DNA of 64,000 nucleotides from an uncultured Alphaproteobacteria bacterium (GTDB lineage: Bacteria > Pseudomonadota > Alphaproteobacteria > HIMB59 > GCA-002718135). The notes under the pieces were generated by a model. It was not told where the DNA came from. It saw nothing but the letters and a program-made list of their open reading frames with translations, and made no database searches. The stretch covers positions 1,957 to 65,956 of the forward strand of contig CACJEE010000004.1 of assembly GCA_902592345.1 (NCBI GenBank). Direction: 5' to 3'. Position 1 is the first letter of the stretch, and each line of letters starts with the position of its first letter. Positions 21,899 through 31,429 of the stretch are shown here, in pieces. Position numbers and translations under genes: made by a program.

Positions 21899-22657
21899 AT
21901 GACTAATCAAGAATTTAAAGAAATGTCATTAATTGATCATCTTACAGAATTACGCAAAAGGCTTTTGTGGAGTTTTATTTATATAATTATAATTTTTGTA
22001 ATTTGTTTTTATTTTGCGAGTGATTTATTTTATTTTCTTGCCAAACCTTTAGTTAATTTATTGCAAATTGATAAAGGGCAAGGCTTTATTTATACTGCTT
22101 TACAAGAGGCTTTTTTTACAGAATTAAAAATTGCATTTTTCTTTGCTTTGTTTTTTGCATTTCCATTAATTGCTATTCAAATATGGAAATTCATTGCTCC
22201 TGGTCTTTATAAACATGAAAAAAATGCTTTTTTACCCTTTTTAATAGCTACTCCCATATTATTTTTTGCTGGTGGTGCTATGGTATATTATTTGATTGCC
22301 CCACTTGCGTGGAATTTTTTTCTCTCATATCAAAACATGAGTGAATCAGGAGTGCCTATAAGATTAGAGGCTAAAATGGGTGAGTACCTCTCTTTAATGA
22401 TGCGATTTATTTTTGCATTTGGTTTAGCATTTCAACTGCCTGTTGTGTTAGGGTTGATGGCTAAAGTAGGGATAGTCACATATACGTCTCTTAAAAAGTT
22501 TAGAAAATACGCAATTGTTATTGCTTTTTTATCAGCAGCATTTTTAACCCCTCCTGATCCTTTTAGTCAAATTAGTCTAGCTTTACCAATTATAATACTT
22601 TATGAAATCTCTATTTACATTGCTAAAATTATTCAAAAAAATAAAAAAGATAACTAA
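21899..22657 (+). CDS. tatC: Twin-arginine translocase subunit C
   Basis: HLTELRKRL, FIAPGLY, TPPDPFSQ. Confidence 0.95.
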   Translation: MTNQEFKEMSLIDHLTELRKRLLWSFIYIIIIFVICFYFASDLFYFLAKPLVNLLQIDKGQGFIYTALQEAFFTELKIAFFFALFFAFPLIAIQIWKFIAPGLYKHEKNAFLPFLIATPILFFAGGAMVYYLIAPLAWNFFLSYQNMSESGVPIRLEAKMGEYLSLMMRFIFAFGLAFQLPVVLGLMAKVGIVTYTSLKKFRKYAIVIAFLSAAFLTPPDPFSQISLALPIIILYEISIYIAKIIQKNKKDN

Positions 22658-23919
22658 TGCATAACATTAATTATATTAGAGAAAATCCTACAGAGTTTGA
22701 TAACTTTATTAAAACAAGAGGTGAAAATCCCATAGCTAATAAAATTATTGAAATAGATAAGGTTAAAAGAGAAACACAAACAATTTTGCAAAATTTATTA
22801 GCTGAAAGAAATCAAATATCTAAATCTATAGGACAATTAAAGAATCAAAAAAAAGATACCACTCATGAAATGGAAAAAGTTGAAGATATAAAAAATAAAA
22901 TTAACACCCTGAAAGAATTAGAAACATTAAAAGACGATGAGTTAAAAGCAATTCTAAGTAGATTGCCAAATATACCAGACTCTAGTACTCCAGTAGGAGC
23001 TACTGAGACTGAAAATGTATTTTATAAAGATTGGGGTGATAAACCTACTTTTGATTTCAATCCTAAACTTCACTTTGAAATTGGTGAAAATGCTAATTCA
23101 ATGAATTTTGAAACTGCAACAAAATTATCAGGTTCAAGATTTGTTATTTTAAAAGGTCAACTTTCTAAATTAGAGAGAGCTATTACAAATTTTATGATTG
23201 ATAAACATACTTTAGTAAATGGATATGTTGAGATGCATGTTCCTTACTTGGTTAAAGAAGAGACATTATATGGCACTGGACAACTGCCAAAGTTTGCAGA
23301 CGATTTATTTACTGCCGGAGATGATCATTGGTTAATACCTACAGCTGAAATACCACTGACCGCACTTCATAGTAATGAAATATTAAATATAAATCAATTA
23401 CCTATGAGATTTACTTCTTATACACCTTGTTTTAGATCTGAGGCTGGGGCTGCTGGAAAAGATACTAGAGGTATGATTAGACAGCATCAATTTACTAAAG
23501 TTGAATTAGTTTCATTAGTAGAACCTCAACAATCAAAAGAGGAATTGGAGAGAATGCTTAATTGCGCTGAAGGAATTCTTCAAGATTTAGAGCTTCATTA
23601 TAGAGTAATTACATTATGCACGGGAGATATGGGTTTTAGCGCTAATAAAACTTATGATATAGAGGTGTGGCTTCCTGGGGAAGGTAAATATAGAGAAATA
23701 TCAAGTTGCTCTAATTGTGGAGATTTTCAAGCAAGAAGAATGAATACTAGATATAAACAAAATGACAAAAATATTTATATACATACCTTGAATGGTTCAG
23801 GCCTTGCAGTAGGAAGAACATTAATAGCTATATTGGAAAATTATCAAACTGCCGATGGTAATGTTAGGATTCCAAAAGTATTAAAAAAATATTTTGATAA
23901 TCAAGAACATCTTTTTTAG
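22657..23919 (+). CDS. serS: Serine--tRNA ligase
   Basis: LIPTAE, FRSEAG, RQHQF, EISSCSNC, TLNGSGLAVGR. Confidence 0.97.
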   Translation: MHNINYIRENPTEFDNFIKTRGENPIANKIIEIDKVKRETQTILQNLLAERNQISKSIGQLKNQKKDTTHEMEKVEDIKNKINTLKELETLKDDELKAILSRLPNIPDSSTPVGATETENVFYKDWGDKPTFDFNPKLHFEIGENANSMNFETATKLSGSRFVILKGQLSKLERAITNFMIDKHTLVNGYVEMHVPYLVKEETLYGTGQLPKFADDLFTAGDDHWLIPTAEIPLTALHSNEILNINQLPMRFTSYTPCFRSEAGAAGKDTRGMIRQHQFTKVELVSLVEPQQSKEELERMLNCAEGILQDLELHYRVITLCTGDMGFSANKTYDIEVWLPGEGKYREISSCSNCGDFQARRMNTRYKQNDKNIYIHTLNGSGLAVGRTLIAILENYQTADGNVRIPKVLKKYFDNQEHLF

Positions 23920-24545
23920 TGCTTGATGTTAAAAAAATTCGACTAATACTGGAATTAAGAGAGTCGGGTATTACAGATGCTAAAATCTTATCTGCTATTG
24001 AAAAAATCCCTCGTGAAAAATTTATACCTGAAAATTTTAGAAATCAAGCCTATGATAATTTAGCGCTACCTATTGGTGATAACCAAACAATTAGTCAGCC
24101 TTTCGTTGTAGCTAAAATGACTCAATTACTTGAACTTGAATCAAAACATAAGGTGTTAGAAGTAGGTACAGGTAGTGGTTATCAAAGTGCTGTTTTATCT
24201 AAATTAGCAAGAAGAGTTTACACTATAGAAAGAATAAAAAATCTATCAATAAAAGCTGAAAATATATTTAAGGAATTAAAAATTTCCAATATAGTTACAA
24301 AATATGCTGATGGTAACCTTGGTTGGAAAGAACAAATTCCATTTGATAGAATTATTATTACTGCAGCAACATCAAATATTTCTAAAGAAATATCCTCGCA
24401 AATAGATGAAGGGGGAATAATAGTTTCTCCAATTAATAGTAAAAATAAGCAAATAATTATTAAATATAAAAAGATAAATAATGTTTTGGAATCAGAAACC
24501 TATGATGATGTTCTTTTTGTACCTAATCTTTCTGGGACACAGTAG
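23919..24545 (+). CDS. pcm: Protein-L-isoaspartate(D-aspartate) O-methyltransferase (GTG start)
   Basis: QTISQP, VLEVGTGSGY, PFDRIIITAA. Confidence 0.92.
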   Translation: MLDVKKIRLILELRESGITDAKILSAIEKIPREKFIPENFRNQAYDNLALPIGDNQTISQPFVVAKMTQLLELESKHKVLEVGTGSGYQSAVLSKLARRVYTIERIKNLSIKAENIFKELKISNIVTKYADGNLGWKEQIPFDRIIITAATSNISKEISSQIDEGGIIVSPINSKNKQIIIKYKKINNVLESETYDDVLFVPNLSGTQ

Positions 24546-24548
24546 TTG

Positions 24549-25910
24549 TTAATTTAAAATATTTTTATATTTTTTATTACAGTAGTAAAAATATATTAAA
24601 CCTATTGTCCAGTGCATCACTGCTAAGGCAAAGAAAATAAAATTATAGTTTTCGCCAATTTGATAAAAAATTAAAGAAATCAAAATAAAAGGAATTAAAA
24701 CAAATCTCAAAATAGCCATATACATAACTATTATTGCTCTTTTTAAACCTTGAAATGTTGCATTACCAATAAAAAAAAATGGAAAAGCTGGAAACATTAA
24801 AGCAGAGATTTTTAAATAGTCTGAGCCATATTTTTTAACATCTTCATTATTGGTAAACAAATTCATAGCTATTTCTGCAGAGAAAAATATTAATAATCCA
24901 AATAAAGATAAAATTATTACTCCTACTTTGATTCCTTTTTTGTATGTCTCTATGACGCGTTGATATTGTTTTGCTCCAAAATTTTGTCCAACAATAGTTA
25001 CTGTTGCAGTACTTAAACCTAGAAGGGGTAGGAAGAATAATTGCTCATATCGTCCTGCAGAAGTGTAACCAGCAATTGCCTCTACTCCAAAAAAACCAAC
25101 AAAATAAATTAGTATATATGAACCTACTGCTATCATCATCATACCTATAGATGCCGGTATACCTTGAGATAAAATATTGTTCATGATTAAGAAATTTGGA
25201 ATAATTGTTAATTTAACATAGCTATAAATTGATGTTTTTGTTAATTTAATAAACAAATAAAATATTCCAACAAACTGGGAAATAATTGTTGCATAAGCAA
25301 TTCCTTGTATGCCAAGAGGTGATATTAATTGAAATGAAAATATTTTACCTGAAATTAAAATTGGATTTAAAAATATATTTAAAAAAAAACTAAAAATTAA
25401 AACATTTCTATAACTCTTTGTATCACCTTGAGCACTTAAGGATGAGTTGATTGACATTAAAATAAATATAAATATCGAACCAAAAAATATTATATGTATA
25501 TATTTTAATGATAGCTCAAGGGTTTCTTTATCATTATTTATAGAACTTATTATAGATGGACTAAAATATAAACCTAATGTAGTTATGACAATTGATACAA
25601 GAATTGAGAGAATAAAAGACTGAGAAAAGATTTTACCAGAATTTTCTATATTATTTTTACCTATACTATTAGCAATTAATGATGTTGTTCCAATACTTAA
25701 ACCAACACCCAAGGCTATTATTATAAAATAAATTGGAAATATTTGCCCAATTGCTGCTAATGCTGACTCTGAAATCATTTGCCCAGCAAAAATTGAATCA
25801 ATTACTGAATATAAATTTTGGAATATTGTTCCAATAGAAGAGGGGATAGCAATTTTAATAAAGAGGGAATAAATACCATCATTTTTAAGATTAATTTGTG
25901 ATTGATTCAT
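24549..25910 (-). CDS. MATE family efflux transporter
   Basis: About 12 TM; NLYSVIDSIF, QGDTK, GIQGIAYAT, VGQNFGA. Confidence 0.9.
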   Translation of the reverse strand: MNQSQINLKNDGIYSLFIKIAIPSSIGTIFQNLYSVIDSIFAGQMISESALAAIGQIFPIYFIIIALGVGLSIGTTSLIANSIGKNNIENSGKIFSQSFILSILVSIVITTLGLYFSPSIISSINNDKETLELSLKYIHIIFFGSIFIFILMSINSSLSAQGDTKSYRNVLIFSFFLNIFLNPILISGKIFSFQLISPLGIQGIAYATIISQFVGIFYLFIKLTKTSIYSYVKLTIIPNFLIMNNILSQGIPASIGMMMIAVGSYILIYFVGFFGVEAIAGYTSAGRYEQLFFLPLLGLSTATVTIVGQNFGAKQYQRVIETYKKGIKVGVIILSLFGLLIFFSAEIAMNLFTNNEDVKKYGSDYLKISALMFPAFPFFFIGNATFQGLKRAIIVMYMAILRFVLIPFILISLIFYQIGENYNFIFFALAVMHWTIGLIYFYYCNKKYKNILN

Positions 25911-26744
25911 TTATATTTTTTGTATTTTAGGTTTTATATTGCAATTTTCATCTTTAAAAATCTGATATAGTTCTTTTATGCATTCTTTCATATTATTTAT
26001 GAGAAATTTAGATCCATCAAATAAAATAATTCCACTACCTTTCATTTCAATATCTTCATTGTATTTTTTTAAAGGCAGTTCAATACGGGTAATTCTATTA
26101 GATCCAATTTTTCTAATATTTTCTATAAATAGATCATTATTCTCAACATTCAAAACTGGATACCAAATTAAAGCTGTTAAGTTTGCATATTCCTTATCTA
26201 ATATTCTTAGAGTATTTACCACTTTTTCAAAATCATCCTTTATTTCATAAGAAGGATCAATCAAGACAAGGGTTTTTTCATTTGAATTTATTTTTTGATT
26301 AGTAAAATCAAAACCATCTTTATTAAAAAATTTTGAATTAATTTGTTTTGATAAATTTTTTCTTAAAAGTATAAATTCGTTATTATGTAATTCATAAAAT
26401 GATAATTTGTCACTATTATCACTCAAGTGACTCATAATTAATGGTGAGCCAGGATAAAAAGATATTTTTTTAGAATTATTAATATTTCTTATAATTTTTA
26501 AATAAAATTTAATTGATTGATTTTCGTATTTGTAGTTTTCTAATATGCTGATCCCATTCTCGTATTCTTTGTTTTTTGACATATAATCACTCTCAAATTT
26601 ATAATCACCACTGCCTGCATGCGTATCAATGTAACTTATTGAATTATGATGCTTTTTTAAGCTTTTATATGCTTGTATTAAGCATATATGTTTAAGGACA
26701 TCGGCTTGATTACCAGCATGATATCCGTGTTTATAACTAAGCAT
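25911..26744 (-). CDS. rlmJ: 23S rRNA (adenine2030-N6)-methyltransferase
   Basis: MLSYKHGYHAGNQADVLKH, YIDTHAG, YPGSP, IDPSYE, WYP. Confidence 0.93.
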   Translation of the reverse strand: MLSYKHGYHAGNQADVLKHICLIQAYKSLKKHHNSISYIDTHAGSGDYKFESDYMSKNKEYENGISILENYKYENQSIKFYLKIIRNINNSKKISFYPGSPLIMSHLSDNSDKLSFYELHNNEFILLRKNLSKQINSKFFNKDGFDFTNQKINSNEKTLVLIDPSYEIKDDFEKVVNTLRILDKEYANLTALIWYPVLNVENNDLFIENIRKIGSNRITRIELPLKKYNEDIEMKGSGIILFDGSKFLINNMKECIKELYQIFKDENCNIKPKIQKI

Positions 26745-26890
26745 TATTTAACTCTTTCTATATTATTACTTGCAATTAATTGAATTATTGTTAGTTACAA
26801 TATTAATTAATTACCGACGAGATTTATACTTATATTTATTACTAAAATACAAATCTTATAAAACCCCATACATATTAAAAAGGAGATTAC

Positions 26891-27094
26891 ATGGCTACAG
26901 GTAAAATTAAATGGTTTAATCCAACCAAAGGATATGGATTTATTGAAAATGATGCAGGAGGAAAAGATGTATTTTTACATATTTCTGCTCTAGAAGAAGC
27001 TGGAATTGACCAGTTACAAGAAGGTGAAGCTGTTACATTTGAAATAGGTGAAAACAGAGGAAAAGAAAACGCTATTAACGTTAAAAAAGTATAA
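26891..27094 (+). CDS. cspA: Cold-shock protein (CspA family)
   Basis: KWFN..KGYGFI, DVFLHISA; SD AAGGAG. Confidence 0.93.
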   Translation: MATGKIKWFNPTKGYGFIENDAGGKDVFLHISALEEAGIDQLQEGEAVTFEIGENRGKENAINVKKV

Positions 27095-27103
27095 TACATT
27101 TAT

Positions 27104-27325
27104 TTGATTAAATTTTTAGAATGGGCTGGAGTGATTACAGCCATTTTATACTCTTTATTTGTTGCCCTAAACGCTGATTTAGAGTTCCTGGGCTTTGGTT
27201 TGTTGTTTATATCCGCAATTTTAATTGGAATGTGGGCATATAAACTAAAGTATAAGGGTATTTTATTATTACAAATATTCTATGCTAGCGCAGGAATTAT
27301 AGGTATGTTTAGATGGTTTGGTTAA
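27104..27325 (+). CDS. Small 3-TM hypothetical membrane protein (TTG start)
   Basis: 73 aa with three hydrophobic segments; fills gap between cspA and EF-hand gene. Confidence 0.6.
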   Translation: MIKFLEWAGVITAILYSLFVALNADLEFLGFGLLFISAILIGMWAYKLKYKGILLLQIFYASAGIIGMFRWFG

Positions 27326-27558
27326 AATTTACTATTTCTTTTTTTATTATATTCACTTCAGTTAATGCTTCAGAACTATCCAAAGAAGAAATTACTTATT
27401 TTAAAATTATTGATTTAAATAATGATGGATTTGTCTCCATTGATGAAATAAATCAATCAACAGGTATAATTTTTCAATTAATTGATACTAATAAAGATAA
27501 TAAAATTTCTTTATTAGAGTTAGAAGATTTAAAGGAAATAATTAATATTTTGAAATGA
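27313..27558 (+). CDS. Exported two-EF-hand calcium-binding protein
   Basis: Signal peptide ending SVNA; loops DLNNDGFVSIDE and DTNKDNKISLLE. Confidence 0.75.
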   Translation: MVWLKFTISFFIIFTSVNASELSKEEITYFKIIDLNNDGFVSIDEINQSTGIIFQLIDTNKDNKISLLELEDLKEIINILK

Positions 27559-28292
27559 GTATTTGGGGAAGATTACTTGGAGGTGCTGCAGGATTTGCAT
27601 TAGGTGGTCCTATAGGAGCTATAATAGGTGTAATGGCTGGTAGTGCCTTTGATAGAAAAAAACAAAAAAACTTTCATTATTCTCAAATATCTCAAGATCA
27701 AAAACAACAAATTTTTACAATTAGTTTTATTGTTTTAGCAGCTAAACTTGCAAAAAGTGATGGGCAAGTTACAGATGATGAAATTCAAGCTTTTAAGGAA
27801 AAATTTAATGTACCAAAAACTGAATTAGCTAAAGTTGCGAAAATATTTAATGAAGCTAAAAAAGATGTATATGGTTATAAACAAATAGCTGATCAGGTAG
27901 GCTTATTATTTACAGATAATAAAATATTGCTTGAGGAAATGCTAAATAATTTATTTTTTATTGCTGCATCAGATGGTCAAATTTCTTTAAATGAAGTTGA
28001 TTTATTAAGATCAATTTCTCAATCGTTTTCATTTAATGAAAAAACTTTTCAAAGAATATTTCAAATGAATTTAAACAATAATACTTCTGATCCTTATAAA
28101 ATTTTAGATGTCAGTAGAGAAGATACAGATCAGGCAATAAGAAAAAAGTGGATAAATTTAAATAAAGAACATCATCCTGATAATTTGATTGCTAAAGGCA
28201 TGCCAAAAGAATTCATCGAACAATCAAATAAAGAACTTGCCGCAATTAATCTTGCATATGATAAAATCAAAGAAATTAGAGCAAAATCTTGA
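27555..28292 (+). CDS. djlA: DjlA-type co-chaperone (TM, TerB-like and J domains)
   Basis: IWG..LGGAAGFALGGPIGA, AKSDGQV, C-terminal J domain with HPD. Confidence 0.88.
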   Translation: MSIWGRLLGGAAGFALGGPIGAIIGVMAGSAFDRKKQKNFHYSQISQDQKQQIFTISFIVLAAKLAKSDGQVTDDEIQAFKEKFNVPKTELAKVAKIFNEAKKDVYGYKQIADQVGLLFTDNKILLEEMLNNLFFIAASDGQISLNEVDLLRSISQSFSFNEKTFQRIFQMNLNNNTSDPYKILDVSREDTDQAIRKKWINLNKEHHPDNLIAKGMPKEFIEQSNKELAAINLAYDKIKEIRAKS

Positions 28293-29263
28293 TACCAGAA
28301 GAGTTATCAATACAATTAATTGAAAAAGTATATAAAAAAATTAAACCATTCATTAACGTTACCCCACTTATTAAAGCAAACCGAATTATTGATGACGATT
28401 TAAACACAAATGTTTATTTAAAATATGAGTGTTTTCAAAAAAGTGGATCATTTAAAGCTAGAGGAGCAATTAATAACATTCTTTCGGCCGATAAAAAAGA
28501 TCTTGCAAATGGAATTACAGCAGTTAGTGCTGGCAATCATGCAATTGCAGCATCTTATGCTGCAAATATTTTTAATCTTAAAAATAAAATATTTCTTTAT
28601 GAATCGGCAAATCCCTACAGAGTAATTCAGTGTAAAAATTATAATGCAAATATTTTATTTACAAATAAAAATAAAGCATTTGATGAAGTGAAAAGTGCTG
28701 AAAAAGAAGGTTATAAATTTGTTCATCCATTTGATGGAGTAAATACTTTACAAGGATCAGCCACACTTGGTTTGGAAATTATAAATCAAATGAAAAATAT
28801 TAATACAAAAATAGATAATGTATTAATATCAGTTGGTGGTGGAGGCTTGATAAGTGGTGTCGGCTCTGCTCTTAAACAGTTTTTTCCTGAAATTAAAATA
28901 TTTGGTGTTGAACCTGATAATGCAAAAGGAATGACAGAAAGTTTAAAAATAGGTAAGCCATTAGATAAGGTAGAAATAAATAGTATAGCTGATAGCCTAT
29001 GCGCACCTCTTCACATGCCTTATTCTTTTGATGTTGCTAAAAAAGTAATTTATCAAATGGTTAATGTATCTGATCAAGAAATGATAAATTATATGTTGTA
29101 TAACTTTAAAAATCTAAAACTTTTATTAGAACCTGCTTGCGTAGCTGGTTTTGCTGCTTTAAAAAAATTAAATTCTTCGAAATTTATAGGTCAAAATACT
29201 TTAATTATATTATGTGGATCTAATATTGATTATCAATCTTGGAATAAACTAGTTACAAATTAA
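28289..29263 (+). CDS. Serine/threonine dehydratase family PLP enzyme (no regulatory domain; TTG start)
   Basis: QKSGSFKARGA, SAGNHA, VGGGGLISG, CGSNID. Confidence 0.85.
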   Translation: MIPEELSIQLIEKVYKKIKPFINVTPLIKANRIIDDDLNTNVYLKYECFQKSGSFKARGAINNILSADKKDLANGITAVSAGNHAIAASYAANIFNLKNKIFLYESANPYRVIQCKNYNANILFTNKNKAFDEVKSAEKEGYKFVHPFDGVNTLQGSATLGLEIINQMKNINTKIDNVLISVGGGGLISGVGSALKQFFPEIKIFGVEPDNAKGMTESLKIGKPLDKVEINSIADSLCAPLHMPYSFDVAKKVIYQMVNVSDQEMINYMLYNFKNLKLLLEPACVAGFAALKKLNSSKFIGQNTLIILCGSNIDYQSWNKLVTN

Positions 29264-30354
29264 TAATATAAATTTCCACCTGTGATATTTTTTTTTACAC
29301 CTGTAGTATTTGGTGTACTTAAAATCAATTTTTTAAGAGATCTTATGCCAATATACGCAAACATTTGTGATTCAATTAAATCCCCATTTAATCCATAATC
29401 ATCAATTAAAGATATTTGTAATTGATGATTCAATTTTTTTATTTGTGATATTAAATATTTATTTTTTCTTCCACCACCAGTAAATATTATTTCATTAATA
29501 TCAGTGAAAATTTTATTGTTTATTAAATTAATTATAGAGAAAATTGTGAAATTTAGAGATGTTCTTAGTGCATTATGAACTTTAATTTTTTTCAATTCTT
29601 TAATTAAGTAATGAAAATTATTTCTATCTAGAGATTTTGGATATTTTTTTCTAAAAAATCTATCTTTTTTAAATAAATCAAAGATTTTTTTATTTACATT
29701 ACCTTTTGAAGCTAGTTTACCATCTTTGTCATATTTTCTATTAAAAAAATACATCATTAAATCATCTGATATTGCATTAGCTGGACCAATATCAGAAGAT
29801 ATAAAAATTTTTTTATATATTAATGAAAAATTTGCCACTCCTCCTAAATTTATTATTGCAGCATTTGTATTAATCTTCTTAATTAGAAATTTATGATAAA
29901 ATGCACCAATTGGAGCTCCTTGACCTCCATTTTTTATATCATTAATTCTAAAGTTACTAATTACTTGTATTTTAAAAAAATTTGATATTAATTTTGGATT
30001 ACCAAGTTGTAATGAAATATTTTTATTTGGAATATGTAATATTGTTTGTCCACTTAAGCTTATATAATCAATGTCTTTTTTTATTATAGTAAATTCCTTT
30101 AAAAATTTCTTTAAATATTTGATAATTAAATTTGTTATTTTAACATTATGAGAATTTATCAGATTTTTTTTACTAATATTTGTTATATTTATTTTTTTAA
30201 TTTTAATTTGTTCATAGAGTGAATACGGGTAACTTTTTTCTTTTAGTATTTTAACTTTATTAATTCCATCTGTTGAAATATAAGAAATATCAATCCCATC
30301 CATTGATGTCCCTGTCATGATACCTATGATATTAAATATTTTCTTTTTTTTCAT
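29260..30354 (-). CDS. anmK: Anhydro-N-acetylmuramic acid kinase
   Basis: GIMTGTSMDGID, GQT, GGQGAP, NLGGVAN, DIGPAN, PKSLDR, GGG.KN. Confidence 0.9.
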   Translation of the reverse strand: MKKKKIFNIIGIMTGTSMDGIDISYISTDGINKVKILKEKSYPYSLYEQIKIKKINITNISKKNLINSHNVKITNLIIKYLKKFLKEFTIIKKDIDYISLSGQTILHIPNKNISLQLGNPKLISNFFKIQVISNFRINDIKNGGQGAPIGAFYHKFLIKKINTNAAIINLGGVANFSLIYKKIFISSDIGPANAISDDLMMYFFNRKYDKDGKLASKGNVNKKIFDLFKKDRFFRKKYPKSLDRNNFHYLIKELKKIKVHNALRTSLNFTIFSIINLINNKIFTDINEIIFTGGGRKNKYLISQIKKLNHQLQISLIDDYGLNGDLIESQMFAYIGIRSLKKLILSTPNTTGVKKNITGGNLYY

Positions 30355-30383
30355 TAACAAAACTTTATAACATTCATAAATTT

Positions 30384-31334
30384 ATGATGTCACTAGATAA
30401 TAATATTAAAGCTATTTTTTTGATTATATTAGGCATGTTTGTTTTTTCAATTCAAGATACATTGATTAAATTAATGTCTGATCATATAAATATTTATGTA
30501 ATTTATATAGTAAGATCTATAGTTGGAATTTTAGTTATTTTTACTTATTGTTGGATCTATAAAATTCAACTAATTTTCAAAACTTATTATCCTTTTATTA
30601 CTATTTTGAGGGTATCCATATTTTTTCTTGGTTTTAGCTTGTATTATTTTTCTTTATCAAAAATTTCTTTACCTGAAGCAGTGACTTTATTTTTTATTAG
30701 CCCTTTTTTTGTAACTATAAGTTCAAAATTTATTATGGGTGAAAATATTGGCATGTATAGATGGAGTGCAATTTTAATCGGTTTTATTGGAGTGTACTTA
30801 GTTCTAGATCCAAATTTTAATGATTTTAATATTTATACTCTATTCCCAATCTTTTGTGCTTTTTTCTACGCAGTAACAGTTGTAATTCAGAAAAAAACAT
30901 CTGATAAAGACTCTCTATTTACACAAATATTACACACTTATTTATCAGCTATTGCTTTTTCAATTATAATTTATTTTTATGTAAATAATTTAACATTTAC
31001 TCCGTATCAATTGTTAGAATATAAATTTGTGCTTATGAGCTGGAATATTCCTAGTTTAAATTATTTTTTATTACTAATAATTATTGGTTTTACTGCAGTA
31101 ATTGGATTTTTTTCCATTTTTGGCGCCTATCGGATAGGATCACCTGCAACCATTGCTCCTTATGAATATAGTTTGATAATTTGGTCAATATTATTTGGTT
31201 ATTTAATATGGAATGATTATTTAACAATAAAAGGTATGGCAGGTCTTTCATTAATATTAATTGCTAGTTTTTTTACTTTATATAGAGAATATCATCTAAG
31301 TATTAAAGTTAGTACAGATAAACCAATAAGATAA
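30384..31334 (+). CDS. DMT/EamA family transporter
   Basis: About 10 TM; QDTLIK, LFFISP, GE.IG..RW.A..IGFIGV, APYEY. Confidence 0.87.
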   Translation: MMSLDNNIKAIFLIILGMFVFSIQDTLIKLMSDHINIYVIYIVRSIVGILVIFTYCWIYKIQLIFKTYYPFITILRVSIFFLGFSLYYFSLSKISLPEAVTLFFISPFFVTISSKFIMGENIGMYRWSAILIGFIGVYLVLDPNFNDFNIYTLFPIFCAFFYAVTVVIQKKTSDKDSLFTQILHTYLSAIAFSIIIYFYVNNLTFTPYQLLEYKFVLMSWNIPSLNYFLLLIIIGFTAVIGFFSIFGAYRIGSPATIAPYEYSLIIWSILFGYLIWNDYLTIKGMAGLSLILIASFFTLYREYHLSIKVSTDKPIR

Positions 31335-31393
31335 CTTTAAACAGCTTATCAACAAACATATGCACAGTAAAATTAATATTTTATCTTTTTTAT

Positions 31394-31422
31394 TTGATAA
31401 TCGATATTTCTAGAGTTAAATT
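31394..31422 (+). promoter_or_regulatory. Putative sigma70 promoter for the candidate ncRNA
   Basis: TTGATA(31394-31399)-N17-TAAATT(31417-31422); first hairpin starts 7 nt later. Confidence 0.55.
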
Positions 31423-31429
31423 ATAAATA

